NCBI GenBank assembly: GCA_965649225.1
Contig: CBFGJX010000005.1
Span: forward strand, 1 to 64,000
Length of the DNA stretch: 64,000 nucleotides
Reading direction: 5' to 3'
DNA from: a candidate division WOR-3 bacterium
GTDB lineage: Bacteria > Hydrothermota > Tepidihabitantia > Tepidihabitantales > Tepidihabitantaceae
Positions within the stretch are counted from its first letter, which is position 1. The number at the start of each line of letters is the position of its first letter. The notes under the pieces are model-generated. The model did no database searches, was not told the origin of the DNA, and was given only the letters and a program-made list of their open reading frames with translations. The position numbers and the translations under genes are program-made. Positions 1-11,329 of this stretch are shown piece after piece.

Positions 1-2189
<2,189 letters not shown>

Positions 2190-2224
2190 CAGTCTGCTTC
2201 TTCTCCTTTAAGTTTTGTTGAGAT

Positions 2225-2343
<119 letters not shown>

Positions 2344-2361
2344 TTCTCTTTTCGGAGAGAA
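2344..2361 (+). terminator. UUCG-loop hairpin right after 5S (possible rrn terminator or processing stem)
   Basis: TTCTCTT-TTCG-GAGAGAA; weak U tract. Confidence 0.4.
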
Positions 2362-2403
2362 GTTGCCGGTTGGTTGTGCCTGCGAACGGTACCAAAGAAA
2401 AAC

Positions 2404-2431
2404 TTGACAGGGTGGTCGGGGGTATTACGAT
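2404..2431 (+). promoter_or_regulatory. sigma70-type promoter for the major pilin
   Basis: TTGACA-16 bp-TACGAT with an A-rich UP-like tract upstream. Confidence 0.7.
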
Positions 2432-2551
2432 ATCTGTGGACAGTTGAGGTTGCAGGCACGGATGTGCGCTTCAGATGGGTCTGAATGCCCACAACCGGCC
2501 GGCAGCCTTGCTGTTCTAATCTAAATCCTTAAAGAGAGGAGGTGGAGCCTC

Positions 2552-3166
2552 ATGAAGAACAAAGGCTTCACACTGATCGAACTGCTGGTGGTCATCCTGA
2601 TCATCGGCATCCTGCTCGCCCTCATCATCCCGAACTTCGTGCTGTTCCAGGAGCGCGCCCGCCGCGCCTCTGTGAAGAACAACATGCACGTTGTTCAGAC
2701 TGCGCTCGAGGCGTACGCGGTTGACCACAACGGTAACTATCCCGGAGCCGAGGCTGACTTCGAAGACGAAGAGGACATCACCCGCTGCTACTTCCCGGGC
2801 GGTGACCCCGTCGGCGCCGAAGGTGAGCCGATCTACGGCGCGTTGCCGATCAACCCGTACACCGGCCGTCGTTACAACGTCGAAGATGCGGATATGACCT
2901 TCGATCCCGAAGGGCTTGAGGAGCCGGGCCAGAACGCGGCGGTCCGCAGCGATGACGAGAACCACGACTGCCCGTACGACGAGCTCGAGGCCGAGAACGG
3001 GCTGCAGGGCACGATCGCCATCCTCGGCTACATGCCGGAGGAGAACGTCCTTGAGGTCGTTCAGGAATACGGCATCTGCGGTTACGGCCGCGATGTGTAC
3101 TTCCCGATGTACGACCGCGACCCGGTCGAAGAGGACGTCTACATCTACTTCGTCCTCCACAACTAG
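2552..3166 (+). CDS. pilA: Type IV major pilin (acidic, aromatic-rich)
   Basis: Class III signal MKNKG|FTLIE; strong SD GAGGAGGT; strong C/G-ending codon bias; own promoter and terminator. Confidence 0.88.
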   Translation: MKNKGFTLIELLVVILIIGILLALIIPNFVLFQERARRASVKNNMHVVQTALEAYAVDHNGNYPGAEADFEDEEDITRCYFPGGDPVGAEGEPIYGALPINPYTGRRYNVEDADMTFDPEGLEEPGQNAAVRSDDENHDCPYDELEAENGLQGTIAILGYMPEENVLEVVQEYGICGYGRDVYFPMYDRDPVEEDVYIYFVLHN

Positions 3167-3187
3167 TCGAGGGCAAAGAAGAGGTCA

Positions 3188-3222
3188 GAGCGGGCGGGGC
3201 ATTTGCCCCGCCCGCTCCTTTT
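3188..3222 (+). terminator. Intrinsic terminator after the pilin
   Basis: 13-bp perfect stem GAGCGGGCGGGGC-ATTT-GCCCCGCCCGCTC then CTTTT. Confidence 0.85.
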
Positions 3223-3233
3223 ACCGCGGCAGC

Positions 3234-3261
3234 TTGACAGTCCCGGGCGCAATTCTATAAT
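3234..3261 (+). promoter_or_regulatory. Consensus sigma70 promoter, near-leaderless
   Basis: TTGACA-16 bp-TATAAT; ATG 9 nt downstream with no SD. Confidence 0.8.
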
Positions 3262-3270
3262 CGCACAGTT

Positions 3271-4221
3271 ATGTCAGAGGCGGTGCAGCCGTTGATTGCG
3301 ACGGTCAGGCTGAGCAAGGTCTACCGGTCCGGCTTCCGGCTGCGGCGAATCAACGCCCTGACCGATGTGACAATGTCGGTACAACCGGGCGAAATCTACG
3401 GCTTCCTTGGACCAAATGGCGCCGGCAAGACAACGCTGATCAAGATTCTCATCGGTCTGGCACGGCCGACCAGCGGTACGGCGACGGTTTTCGGCCGGCC
3501 GCCGCGTGATGCCCGGGTGAAAGCCCGGCTGGGCTTCTTGCCCGAGCAGCCATACTTCTACGAGTATCTGACCGCTGCCGAGTTTCTGCAACTGGCGGCA
3601 CGCATCGCCGGCGTGCCTCAGAACGAGGTCGCCGGTCGGGCAAATGGTCTCCTCAGGCTGGTTCGGATGGAACACGTCGCGACCAATCAGTTGCGCGGTT
3701 TCTCGCGCGGAATGCTGCAACGAATGGGAATTGCCCAGGCGCTGATTGGTGATCCCGAGCTGGTAATCCTGGATGAACCGATGGGTGGGCTGGACCCGGT
3801 CGGCCGCAAAGAGTTTCGGGATATTATTGTCGGTCTGCGCGAGCGGGGCAAGACAGTCTTCTTTTCAACGCACATTCTTTCGGACGTCGAGATGATTTGC
3901 GACCGGGTGGGCATAATCATCAACGGCCGTATAGCTGAAGAGGGACGGCTGGAGGACATCCTCGGCACTACCGCCGATGCGATCGAAGTCACCGTTCGAG
4001 GAGTCAGTGGCAGGATTGTCAAGGCTTTCGAACGCATCGCTCAGCAGTCGGTCAAGTCGGGCGAGACGATGCTTCTGACGCTGGCGCGGGAGGAGGATGT
4101 CGACAAGGTGATGGCAATCGCTCATGAGACTGGTTGCCGGATCCAGTCAATCGTGCCGCGCCGGGCAACACTGGAAGACTATTTCATGGCGCGCATCGGC
4201 CAGCGCCGGGGAACATCGTGA
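3271..4221 (+). CDS. ABC transporter ATP-binding protein (Myxococcus PilH / Geobacter Xap type)
   Basis: Walker A GPNGAGKT, signature FSRGM, Walker B VILDEP, H-loop STH; directly after the pilin. Confidence 0.92.
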   Translation: MSEAVQPLIATVRLSKVYRSGFRLRRINALTDVTMSVQPGEIYGFLGPNGAGKTTLIKILIGLARPTSGTATVFGRPPRDARVKARLGFLPEQPYFYEYLTAAEFLQLAARIAGVPQNEVAGRANGLLRLVRMEHVATNQLRGFSRGMLQRMGIAQALIGDPELVILDEPMGGLDPVGRKEFRDIIVGLRERGKTVFFSTHILSDVEMICDRVGIIINGRIAEEGRLEDILGTTADAIEVTVRGVSGRIVKAFERIAQQSVKSGETMLLTLAREEDVDKVMAIAHETGCRIQSIVPRRATLEDYFMARIGQRRGTS

Positions 4222-4985
4222 GTGCCAGAATCTACGGGATTGCCCTGAACACTTTCCGCGAGTCGATTCGCGACAAGGTTTTGGTGACACTGCTGGTTTT
4301 TGCCCTGCTGGTGATGGGCAGTTCGCGGGTGATCCAGCCGCTGGCACTGGGTGAAGAAGGCAAGGTTGTCAAGGACATCGGCCTGGCAGCGATCAATCTT
4401 TTCACCGTTCTGATAGCGATTCTCGTCGGTGGCCGGATCGTGTATAAAGAGGTCGAAAAACGTACGATCTACATCATGCTGGCCAAACCGGTTCGGCGCT
4501 GGGAGTTTATCGTCGGCAAGTATGCCGGCCTGATGGCAGTGCTGCTGGTGAGTCTGCTGGTGATGACGGTCTGTTTCTACCTGTTGATGCCGTTGCTGGG
4601 GGTGCGGACGTCGGCGCTGATGCTGGTTGCGGTGTTGATGACCTACTGCCAACTGGCAGTAATCACCGCCGTCGCGGTGCTGTTTTCGACCTTTGTCACG
4701 CCGATCGCCGGTGCCGTTTTTACATTTGCGGTCTACTTTGTCGGCCACCTTACCCGGGATTTGAAGCTGCTGGCCGCCATGAGCCCGTCACCGGTCGTCA
4801 AAGGGGTAAGCGAGTTTCTCTACTATGTTCTGCCCAATCTCGGCAACTTCAATCTGCGCGCCGAGGTGGCACGAAACGCTCTGATTGATCCGACCGCGCT
4901 GGTGTTGTCGGTGATCTATGCTATCGTCTACTCGGCAACCTTACTGCTGATTTCAATCGCCATCTTCAACCGCAAGGAGTTCTAG
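4218..4985 (+). CDS. ABC-2 type permease (PilI-like)
   Basis: IALNTFRESIRDK, E..KRTIY..LAKPV.R.EFIVGKY motif, about 6 TM segments, C-terminal FNRKEF; GTG start overlaps the ATPase stop. Confidence 0.88.
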   Translation: MSARIYGIALNTFRESIRDKVLVTLLVFALLVMGSSRVIQPLALGEEGKVVKDIGLAAINLFTVLIAILVGGRIVYKEVEKRTIYIMLAKPVRRWEFIVGKYAGLMAVLLVSLLVMTVCFYLLMPLLGVRTSALMLVAVLMTYCQLAVITAVAVLFSTFVTPIAGAVFTFAVYFVGHLTRDLKLLAAMSPSPVVKGVSEFLYYVLPNLGNFNLRAEVARNALIDPTALVLSVIYAIVYSATLLLISIAIFNRKEF

Positions 4986-4992
4986 AGAAAGT

Positions 4993-5892
4993 ATGGTTGA
5001 AGAGGTTCGGCTCGAGCCGGCCGGACCGCGGATGCCGGGCGCACTGGTGGCACTGCTGCCAGTGGTACTTGTTGTGTGGGGTTTTGTCGCGTGTTATCTG
5101 CTACAGCTGGGCATTGACCGAGCCGGTGAGGCCCGGATGAGGGAAAAGGCAATCGAAGAACTGATGTATTTTCCGTCCGGGCAGTTTATTCGCCAGGCAA
5201 CTATTGAATATCAGACCGTTGCGGCGGATTTTGTCTGGCTGCGGGCCATCCAGTACTATGGTCATCATCTCATGACCGACCGGAAGTACGAGTGGCTCGG
5301 TCATGTGTTTGCGATTCTGACCGTCCTCGACCCTCATTTCATCGGTGCGTATCATTTCGGTGCAATAACTCTGGCCTGGGATGCCCGCAAACCCCAGGAG
5401 GCCGTTGACCTGCTGCTGGCCGGGATGAATGTCAATCCGCTGGACTGGCAGTTGCCTTTTGATGCCGGTTTCATCAGCTACATGCTGCTGCGTGATTACG
5501 AGCGGGCCGGCGTGCTTTTTGACATCGCCTCCCGGCTGCCCAATGCGTGGCAGGTAACTGCCCGCTGGGCCGCGGTGGCGATGTCGCGGGCCGGAGATTT
5601 TGAAACGGCCCGGCAGATGTGGCGGGAGATTTACGATAACACCGAGAACAAGGCGCTGCGGGCACTGGTAATCCGTCAGTTGCGAAATCTGAAACTGGAA
5701 GAGGGGCTTGCCATTTTACAGGGAGCAGTGGACCGGTTTCGTGAAGACAAGGGAAGACTGCCATCGCGATTGGGCGAGCTGGTTGCAGCCGGCTACATTG
5801 AACGGCTGCCGGAAGAGCCTTATGGTGGGACCTTCTTCATTGACGACGGTGGTAAGGTGAGAAGTACGACCCCGCCGGCGCAACGGCGATAA
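4993..5892 (+). CDS. Membrane-anchored TPR protein with pilin-like C-terminal domain (PilG/XapA-like)
   Basis: N-terminal TM, AD.VWLRAIQYYG, TPR-like helices, C-terminal G.LP..L.ELV..GYI..LP.EPYGG. Confidence 0.7.
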   Translation: MVEEVRLEPAGPRMPGALVALLPVVLVVWGFVACYLLQLGIDRAGEARMREKAIEELMYFPSGQFIRQATIEYQTVAADFVWLRAIQYYGHHLMTDRKYEWLGHVFAILTVLDPHFIGAYHFGAITLAWDARKPQEAVDLLLAGMNVNPLDWQLPFDAGFISYMLLRDYERAGVLFDIASRLPNAWQVTARWAAVAMSRAGDFETARQMWREIYDNTENKALRALVIRQLRNLKLEEGLAILQGAVDRFREDKGRLPSRLGELVAAGYIERLPEEPYGGTFFIDDGGKVRSTTPPAQRR

Positions 5893-5930
5893 TGACGATG
5901 ACGATAATGACCGTTTTGCGGCCACTTTGC

Positions 5931-5959
5931 TTGACAATGCTGCGGACGAGCCCTATAAC
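5931..5959 (+). promoter_or_regulatory. sigma70-type promoter for the second pilin
   Basis: TTGACA-17 bp-TATAAC; SD GAGGAG before ATG 5977. Confidence 0.6.
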
Positions 5960-5976
5960 CTTTCCGAGGAGATTCT

Positions 5977-6510
5977 ATGCGTGAACCCAGAGGTTTTACT
6001 TTGGTCGAGATGCTCGTCGTGATCATGATCATGGGCATTCTGATGAGCATGGCGATTCCCCGTTACACGGTTGTCCGCGAACAGGCTCGGACTGCGGCGA
6101 TGAAGATGAACCTGCACAATGTTCAGGTTGTCATCGAGGCGTTTCACGCCGAAAAGGGTTACTACGCGGACGACTTCTACGAGGATGGCTACGGCTCCTA
6201 TTTCCCCGGTGGAGTGTTTGAACAGCGGATGGGGAAGTTGCCGACCAATCCCTGGACCAACCGTGAGATGGATCCGGACGAATTCAACCCGGAAGACTAT
6301 GAATCTGAGGCGGACGTCAGCAACAATCAGGAGCTGGGGCCGAATGATGTCTCCGGCTACTACCCGGGTGAAATCGTGTACGGAGTCTGGGAGCCGGAAG
6401 GAGTCGAGTGGCCTCTGGCTTACGGTCTGGTTGGTATTGGTCGCGGCGGTGTGTCGATTCGCGACTACAATGCCGACGAATCAGCGACGATTTTTGTCCT
6501 GCACAACTGA
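5977..6510 (+). CDS. Type IV pilin, paralog of 2552..3166
   Basis: RG|FTLVE; shares YFPGG, LP.NP[YW]T.R, YG..G.GR and terminal FVLHN with the first pilin. Confidence 0.88.
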   Translation: MREPRGFTLVEMLVVIMIMGILMSMAIPRYTVVREQARTAAMKMNLHNVQVVIEAFHAEKGYYADDFYEDGYGSYFPGGVFEQRMGKLPTNPWTNREMDPDEFNPEDYESEADVSNNQELGPNDVSGYYPGEIVYGVWEPEGVEWPLAYGLVGIGRGGVSIRDYNADESATIFVLHN

Positions 6511-6540
6511 GGTTCGGCTATGTACTCAGTAATGCGACGC

Positions 6541-6569
6541 TTGACACCTGTTCAGTGCCGTCCTATAAT
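6541..6569 (+). promoter_or_regulatory. Consensus sigma70 promoter, leaderless
   Basis: TTGACA-17 bp-TATAAT; in-frame GTG 7 nt downstream. Confidence 0.8.
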
Positions 6570-6576
6570 TTCGCCG

Positions 6577-7119
6577 GTGAACGGTACTTCGGCGCGCCGG
6601 TCCGGGTTCACGCTCGTCGAGCTCCTTGTCGTCATTTCGGTTATCGGCATTCTGCTGGCATTCTTTGTCCCGACGATAGTTTCACGAATTACGACCAACG
6701 CACGACGGGTGGCGACATTACAGGAAATGAGCGTGCTGCGCGACGCGATTGCCGGCAATCCCAGCATTCAGGTCGACGGCGAGATGGTAATGACCGGTTT
6801 TCGCAACGACGTCGGCCGTTATCCGCGTGATCTTGTTGAACTGGCGACCCGTAACCCGTTTGAACCGCCCTATGACCGCCTGCAGTATGTCGGCAAGGAG
6901 ACGCTCCCGTCCTGGGACCCGTACATCAAGCGCGGCTGGAACGGACCCTACGTCCGTGAGGATGGCGAACTGGGTTACCGTTTTGATGCCTGGGGTGTTG
7001 AATACCGTTACTTTATCCAGAATAACGAGACCCTGGGTTTGTGGAGTGCGGGTCCTGACGGTCTGTTCTGGGGTCAGCCAGGAGCACGTGACAGCGACGA
7101 CCTGAGGGTCAGATTCTAG
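6577..7119 (+). CDS. Minor pilin, GspG-like
   Basis: SG|FTLVE; WNGPY..D.WG..Y and L.SAGPDG GspG-type motifs; start moved to GTG 6577 because the upstream part of the ORF is the promoter. Confidence 0.85.
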   Translation: MNGTSARRSGFTLVELLVVISVIGILLAFFVPTIVSRITTNARRVATLQEMSVLRDAIAGNPSIQVDGEMVMTGFRNDVGRYPRDLVELATRNPFEPPYDRLQYVGKETLPSWDPYIKRGWNGPYVREDGELGYRFDAWGVEYRYFIQNNETLGLWSAGPDGLFWGQPGARDSDDLRVRF

Positions 7120-7127
7120 GGGGCCTG

Positions 7128-7949
7128 ATGAATCACCGCTGCCGAAGACCTGCCCACGGGGTGACGCTGCTGGAGCTGCTCATCGTCCTGATGATTCTCA
7201 GTCTGATTCTGACGGCAGCGGTGAAAACCTGGGATGTGACACTGGAGCGCAGCCGCTATGAAAACACCCGCAAGCGGCTTGACCAGCTTGCGACGGCGAT
7301 AGCCGGTGATCCTGATTTCATAGTTGCCGGCCGCAGGGCCGATTTCGGTTTTGTCGGTGATGTTGGCCGCATGCCCTATACGCTCTCCGAACTGGTGAAT
7401 CCGCCGCCGGCTTCGCCGCCCGAAAGCAGCCGCTGGCGTGGTCCCTACATCCGGGCCACTTTCAGTGAATCGCCCGAAACCTACCGTACTGATGGCTGGG
7501 GTGACACGATCATCTACAACCCCGACAGTGGTTTTCTGCGCAGCTACGGTGGACGCGGGCTGGTGGACCGGACGCGCTGGATGACACGCAGTATCGGTTT
7601 CACTCGGGCTGAACTGGAACGAAACACAGTTCGCGGCCAGGTGCTCGATGTCCAGGGGCAGCCGCCTTCAGGTCGGGCCGACAGCATCGGCATCCTTTCC
7701 GTTATTCTGTTGCGGCCGTTCGAGGCGGTGACGCGCCGGGATTCGGTGCGGGTCCTATCAGCCAGCAACGGCCAGTTCGAGATTCCCAATGTTCCGCAGG
7801 GCAATCATTTGTTGATCGCGCGTTATGTCCGTTACGTACCACCGCCGCCGGAGACGACTTTGACGACGGTCAACGTGACGGTTTACCCTCGAATCGGCGC
7901 GCCCGACGTCAGGGTTCGGTTGAATCTAGACTGGAGCACACTGCCATGA
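7128..7949 (+). CDS. Minor pilin with C-terminal carboxypeptidase-regulatory-like beta-sandwich
   Basis: HG|VTLLE; WRGPY, DGWG; VRGQVLD..G.P...NGQFEIPNVPQG. Confidence 0.82.
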   Translation: MNHRCRRPAHGVTLLELLIVLMILSLILTAAVKTWDVTLERSRYENTRKRLDQLATAIAGDPDFIVAGRRADFGFVGDVGRMPYTLSELVNPPPASPPESSRWRGPYIRATFSESPETYRTDGWGDTIIYNPDSGFLRSYGGRGLVDRTRWMTRSIGFTRAELERNTVRGQVLDVQGQPPSGRADSIGILSVILLRPFEAVTRRDSVRVLSASNGQFEIPNVPQGNHLLIARYVRYVPPPPETTLTTVNVTVYPRIGAPDVRVRLNLDWSTLP

Positions 7950-9109
7950 AAACCCTACAGTATCTCCGGCGTGGTTTCACCTTGATGGAACTGCTGGTCG
8001 TGCTCTTGATCATCGGTGTGCTCAGCACAGTTGCTCTGCGGACGATCGACGCCACCCGCGACCGATCGCTTTTTGACCAGACTGCCCGGGAGATGCGGCA
8101 GATTGTTCAGGCAATAACCGGCAATCCCGACCTGCTGTATGATGGTCGCCGGGTTGATTTTGGTTTCTACGGTGATGTCGGCCGACTGCCGACAGACCTG
8201 CGGGAACTTGTAACCAACCTCAACAACGAACCAAAGTGGCGTGGTCCCTACCTGCGCCGTGACCTCGTTGGTGATTCGCTCGGTTTTCTGCGTGATGCCT
8301 GGGGGAATCTCTATACCTGGAATCCGACAACCGGGACTATTTCCAGTCTGGGAAACGGTCGCTATCCGCTGACGATGCGGGTGGCCGATTCGCTTTCTCA
8401 GCTTGCCGAGAATATAGTCAGCGGCAACATTACCGATATTGAAAACAATCCACCCGGCGAACTGGCTTCGGGTATCAGCATCGCCCTTTACACCAGTGCC
8501 GGTCAGATGCCGATGTATGCTCTTGCCGACCCGGGCGGCTACTATGAGTTTTCAACCCGAACCGGTCGGCCCGTCCCGGTTGGCAGTCACCGGTTGGTGG
8601 TAACACTACCGCCACCGGTCGCGGATTCAATCGTTCGCTGGGTAACGGTTACGCCGCGGTCGCGGGCAGTGGTCGACATTCGTTTCAACCGCAATTTCCG
8701 CAGCCGGTTGCGGATGGTCGGAACGCCGGTCCTACAACTGCCCGACAGTAACGGCTTCACCATTCGGGTCGTCAACACGGGCAGCGTTGACGATACGGTA
8801 CGTACTGTCACCTTCGCTTCAATCGCTCCTGCCGATTCCGCCTACATGACCTGGTTCACGGTCAATGGTGTGAACGTTTACGGCTTTCCGGTGCCGCCAG
8901 GCGGACGGGCACCGGGGCAGGGCAGCACGGTGGCAGTTGTGCCGCCGGTTCTGGTGCCGGGTAATCTTTCCGAAGAAGTGGTTTTTGGTTTCTGGAGTTT
9001 CGTGAAGGACAGCATCGTTGACAGTCTGCTCAGTCAGCCGGCGAAAGTGAGCGGGCGGGAGTTTCGTTTGCGGTTCAGCGATGGCTCCGAGATAACTGTT
9101 TCGCCGTGA
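7946..9109 (+). CDS. Large minor pilin with extra beta-rich domains
   Basis: RG|FTLME; WRGPY, DAWG; VSGNITD...GGYYEF. Confidence 0.82.
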   Translation: MKTLQYLRRGFTLMELLVVLLIIGVLSTVALRTIDATRDRSLFDQTAREMRQIVQAITGNPDLLYDGRRVDFGFYGDVGRLPTDLRELVTNLNNEPKWRGPYLRRDLVGDSLGFLRDAWGNLYTWNPTTGTISSLGNGRYPLTMRVADSLSQLAENIVSGNITDIENNPPGELASGISIALYTSAGQMPMYALADPGGYYEFSTRTGRPVPVGSHRLVVTLPPPVADSIVRWVTVTPRSRAVVDIRFNRNFRSRLRMVGTPVLQLPDSNGFTIRVVNTGSVDDTVRTVTFASIAPADSAYMTWFTVNGVNVYGFPVPPGGRAPGQGSTVAVVPPVLVPGNLSEEVVFGFWSFVKDSIVDSLLSQPAKVSGREFRLRFSDGSEITVSP

Positions 9110-9130
9110 CCGTGATGACAAGGAGGAGTA

Positions 9131-10750
9131 TTGGCAACCGGTAGCGTGTTTGGCAAGATAATGGGCGGAGGCGGCAAAGGGACGCTCTGCATTGATATCG
9201 GTTCCAACTCGGTCAAGTTCATCAAGATGGAGGGCGGCAGGATCGTCGACTACGGCCTGAAGGAAATCGGCGAGGCATTCGACGTCCCTTCGATTCTGCG
9301 CGAGCTGATCAAGGACTACAAGCCGGACGAAGTCTACAGCTTCGTTTCCGGTCCGTCGGTCAGCTTGCGTCAGGCACCGTTCCCGAAGATGAACCGGCGC
9401 GAGCTGAAGGATGCCATACTGCTGCGACTGGAAAAGTACTCGCCCTTCACGCTCGATGAAGCTATCCTCGATTTCAAAACCTTGGGTCCACAGCGTGAAG
9501 CCGGCGCAATCAAAGACAACGTCATGGTTGTTGCCGCCCGCAAGGACATCATATCCGACCACATCTCCACGCTCCGCAAAGCTGGACTGGAACCTACCGC
9601 CATCAGCGTTATCCCGTTCGCGCTGCAGGCGGCGGCGCGCAAGTATGCCCAGATCCGTCCTGAGGAGACGGTCTGCGTGCTGGATATCGGTGCCGAGTTC
9701 ACCGATATGGTGTTCCTGAAGGGTGAAAGACTCGATCTTGCCCGGACCATTACCACTGCCGGCAACGCGATTACCGAGGCGATGACGGTAGCGATTACCA
9801 CCGAGGAGGGTCAGCTCGCTCTCGATGCCTACGATGCGGAAAACTACAAGCGTCGCTACGGCATCCCGGGTGAAGATGAGACTGAGCTGTTGCCCAACGG
9901 CGTGATGGTCAAGCGGCTGGCAACTCTGCAACGGCCGGCGCTGGAACGGTTCGTCGCCGAGATCAATCGTTCAATCGACTACTACCGTCGTGAGTTCGGT
10001 GAGGCAAAGATTGACCGGATTCTGATGTGCGGCGGTACGGCGGCAATGAAGGGGTTGCGCGAATACCTCCAGACCAGCCTCGGTATTCCGATCGAGTTGT
10101 TTGACCCCTTCCGCAGTGGTGGACTGTACAAGAAAGGTTCATTGCCTGAGGAGCAGGAGGGCTACCGGCTGGTGACTGCACTCGGGCTTTACTACGACCA
10201 CACTTCGGTGGACCTGCTGCCGGGTGAGATGAGAACCGGCAAAACGGTCGCCCGGGACATCAGACTGGCGGTTGCCGGGGGGATTGTCTGGGTCGGGTTG
10301 CTGGTCTTCGTCTATATTGTGCTCGCCGGCTGGTCGCAGGCTTCGGTGGTTCAGGCCAATCGACTACGACGCGACCTGAAAGCGACCGAAGAAGCCAACA
10401 AAGAGTACTTTGCGTTGGAGGCGCGGATCAGCGAACTGGAAGCCCGACAGCGCAGCCTGAGTGATGTTGTTGGCGACTACACGCCGACTGTGCCGGTGAT
10501 GGCCCAGTTGACGCGAATCGTGCCCCAGAACATCCAGCTGAGCAGCGTGTCACTGACTGACGGCAATAATGTCAAGCTGTCAGGCGTGGTATCGGGTGAG
10601 CCGTTTCTGCTTGATGTTGACTTGTCGCAGTTCTTGATTGACCTGGAAACAAGCCCGGGATTCAAACAGGTCCAGCTGGTGTCCAAGAACCGCAGTTCAT
10701 TACAGGGCGAGACGGTCCTGGAGTTCGAACTGCAGTGTGTCACGGAGTAA
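9131..10750 (+). CDS. pilM: Fused PilM (actin-like ATPase fold)-PilN
   Basis: IDIGSNSVK, LDIGA, GG.A.MKGL, then VDLLP (PilN INLLP-like) + TM + coiled coil + ferredoxin-like domain; SD AGGAGG, TTG start. Confidence 0.88.
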   Translation: MATGSVFGKIMGGGGKGTLCIDIGSNSVKFIKMEGGRIVDYGLKEIGEAFDVPSILRELIKDYKPDEVYSFVSGPSVSLRQAPFPKMNRRELKDAILLRLEKYSPFTLDEAILDFKTLGPQREAGAIKDNVMVVAARKDIISDHISTLRKAGLEPTAISVIPFALQAAARKYAQIRPEETVCVLDIGAEFTDMVFLKGERLDLARTITTAGNAITEAMTVAITTEEGQLALDAYDAENYKRRYGIPGEDETELLPNGVMVKRLATLQRPALERFVAEINRSIDYYRREFGEAKIDRILMCGGTAAMKGLREYLQTSLGIPIELFDPFRSGGLYKKGSLPEEQEGYRLVTALGLYYDHTSVDLLPGEMRTGKTVARDIRLAVAGGIVWVGLLVFVYIVLAGWSQASVVQANRLRRDLKATEEANKEYFALEARISELEARQRSLSDVVGDYTPTVPVMAQLTRIVPQNIQLSSVSLTDGNNVKLSGVVSGEPFLLDVDLSQFLIDLETSPGFKQVQLVSKNRSSLQGETVLEFELQCVTE

Positions 10751-10753
10751 CAC

Positions 10754-11329
10754 ATGGCGCTACTTGAACGAAAAGTACTTCTGATTGCCCTGGGCGCATA
10801 TCTGGCGCTGGCAGTGCTGGCGGTTGTCTTTCTCTATCAGCCGCGGCTGAAAGCCCGTCAGCGCAATGCGGCAGTTGTTGCCGACCTGCAGAAGCAGCTT
10901 GAGGAAACGCGTGCGCGGGTGAAACAGATCGGCCGGCTCCGGGCCCGGCTCGACCAGCTGGAGGCGGCTAATGTCGCGTTCACTTCTCACGTCGTGCCAC
11001 GCAGTCAGATGCTGAGCACTTTGAAGGATCTGGCCGATCGTGCCGTTGCTGCCAAGGTTCGATTCCTCGAGATTCAGCCGCCGGGGCTGGACACGCTGCT
11101 CGAAGAGGAGTCGCAGAGTCGGCCGCTGCGCGGTGTGCCGTTCATGATTACACTGCAGGGACGCTACATTGACGTCGGGCGTTACATTGAATCGTTGAAC
11201 AGCTATCACTATTTCCTGCGGGTTCCGGCATTCGAGGTCGTCGCCCGCGACGACATCAGGCCCGAGGTTGAGGTGAAGATGCAACTGAACCTCTACGCCT
11301 CCAGCTTGACCTCCGGGGGCAAGTTGTGA
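10754..11329 (+). CDS. pilO: PilO-like protein
   Basis: N-terminal TM, coiled coil, P..ITLQGRY..V..YIESL; position after PilMN. Confidence 0.8.
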   Translation: MALLERKVLLIALGAYLALAVLAVVFLYQPRLKARQRNAAVVADLQKQLEETRARVKQIGRLRARLDQLEAANVAFTSHVVPRSQMLSTLKDLADRAVAAKVRFLEIQPPGLDTLLEEESQSRPLRGVPFMITLQGRYIDVGRYIESLNSYHYFLRVPAFEVVARDDIRPEVEVKMQLNLYASSLTSGGKL

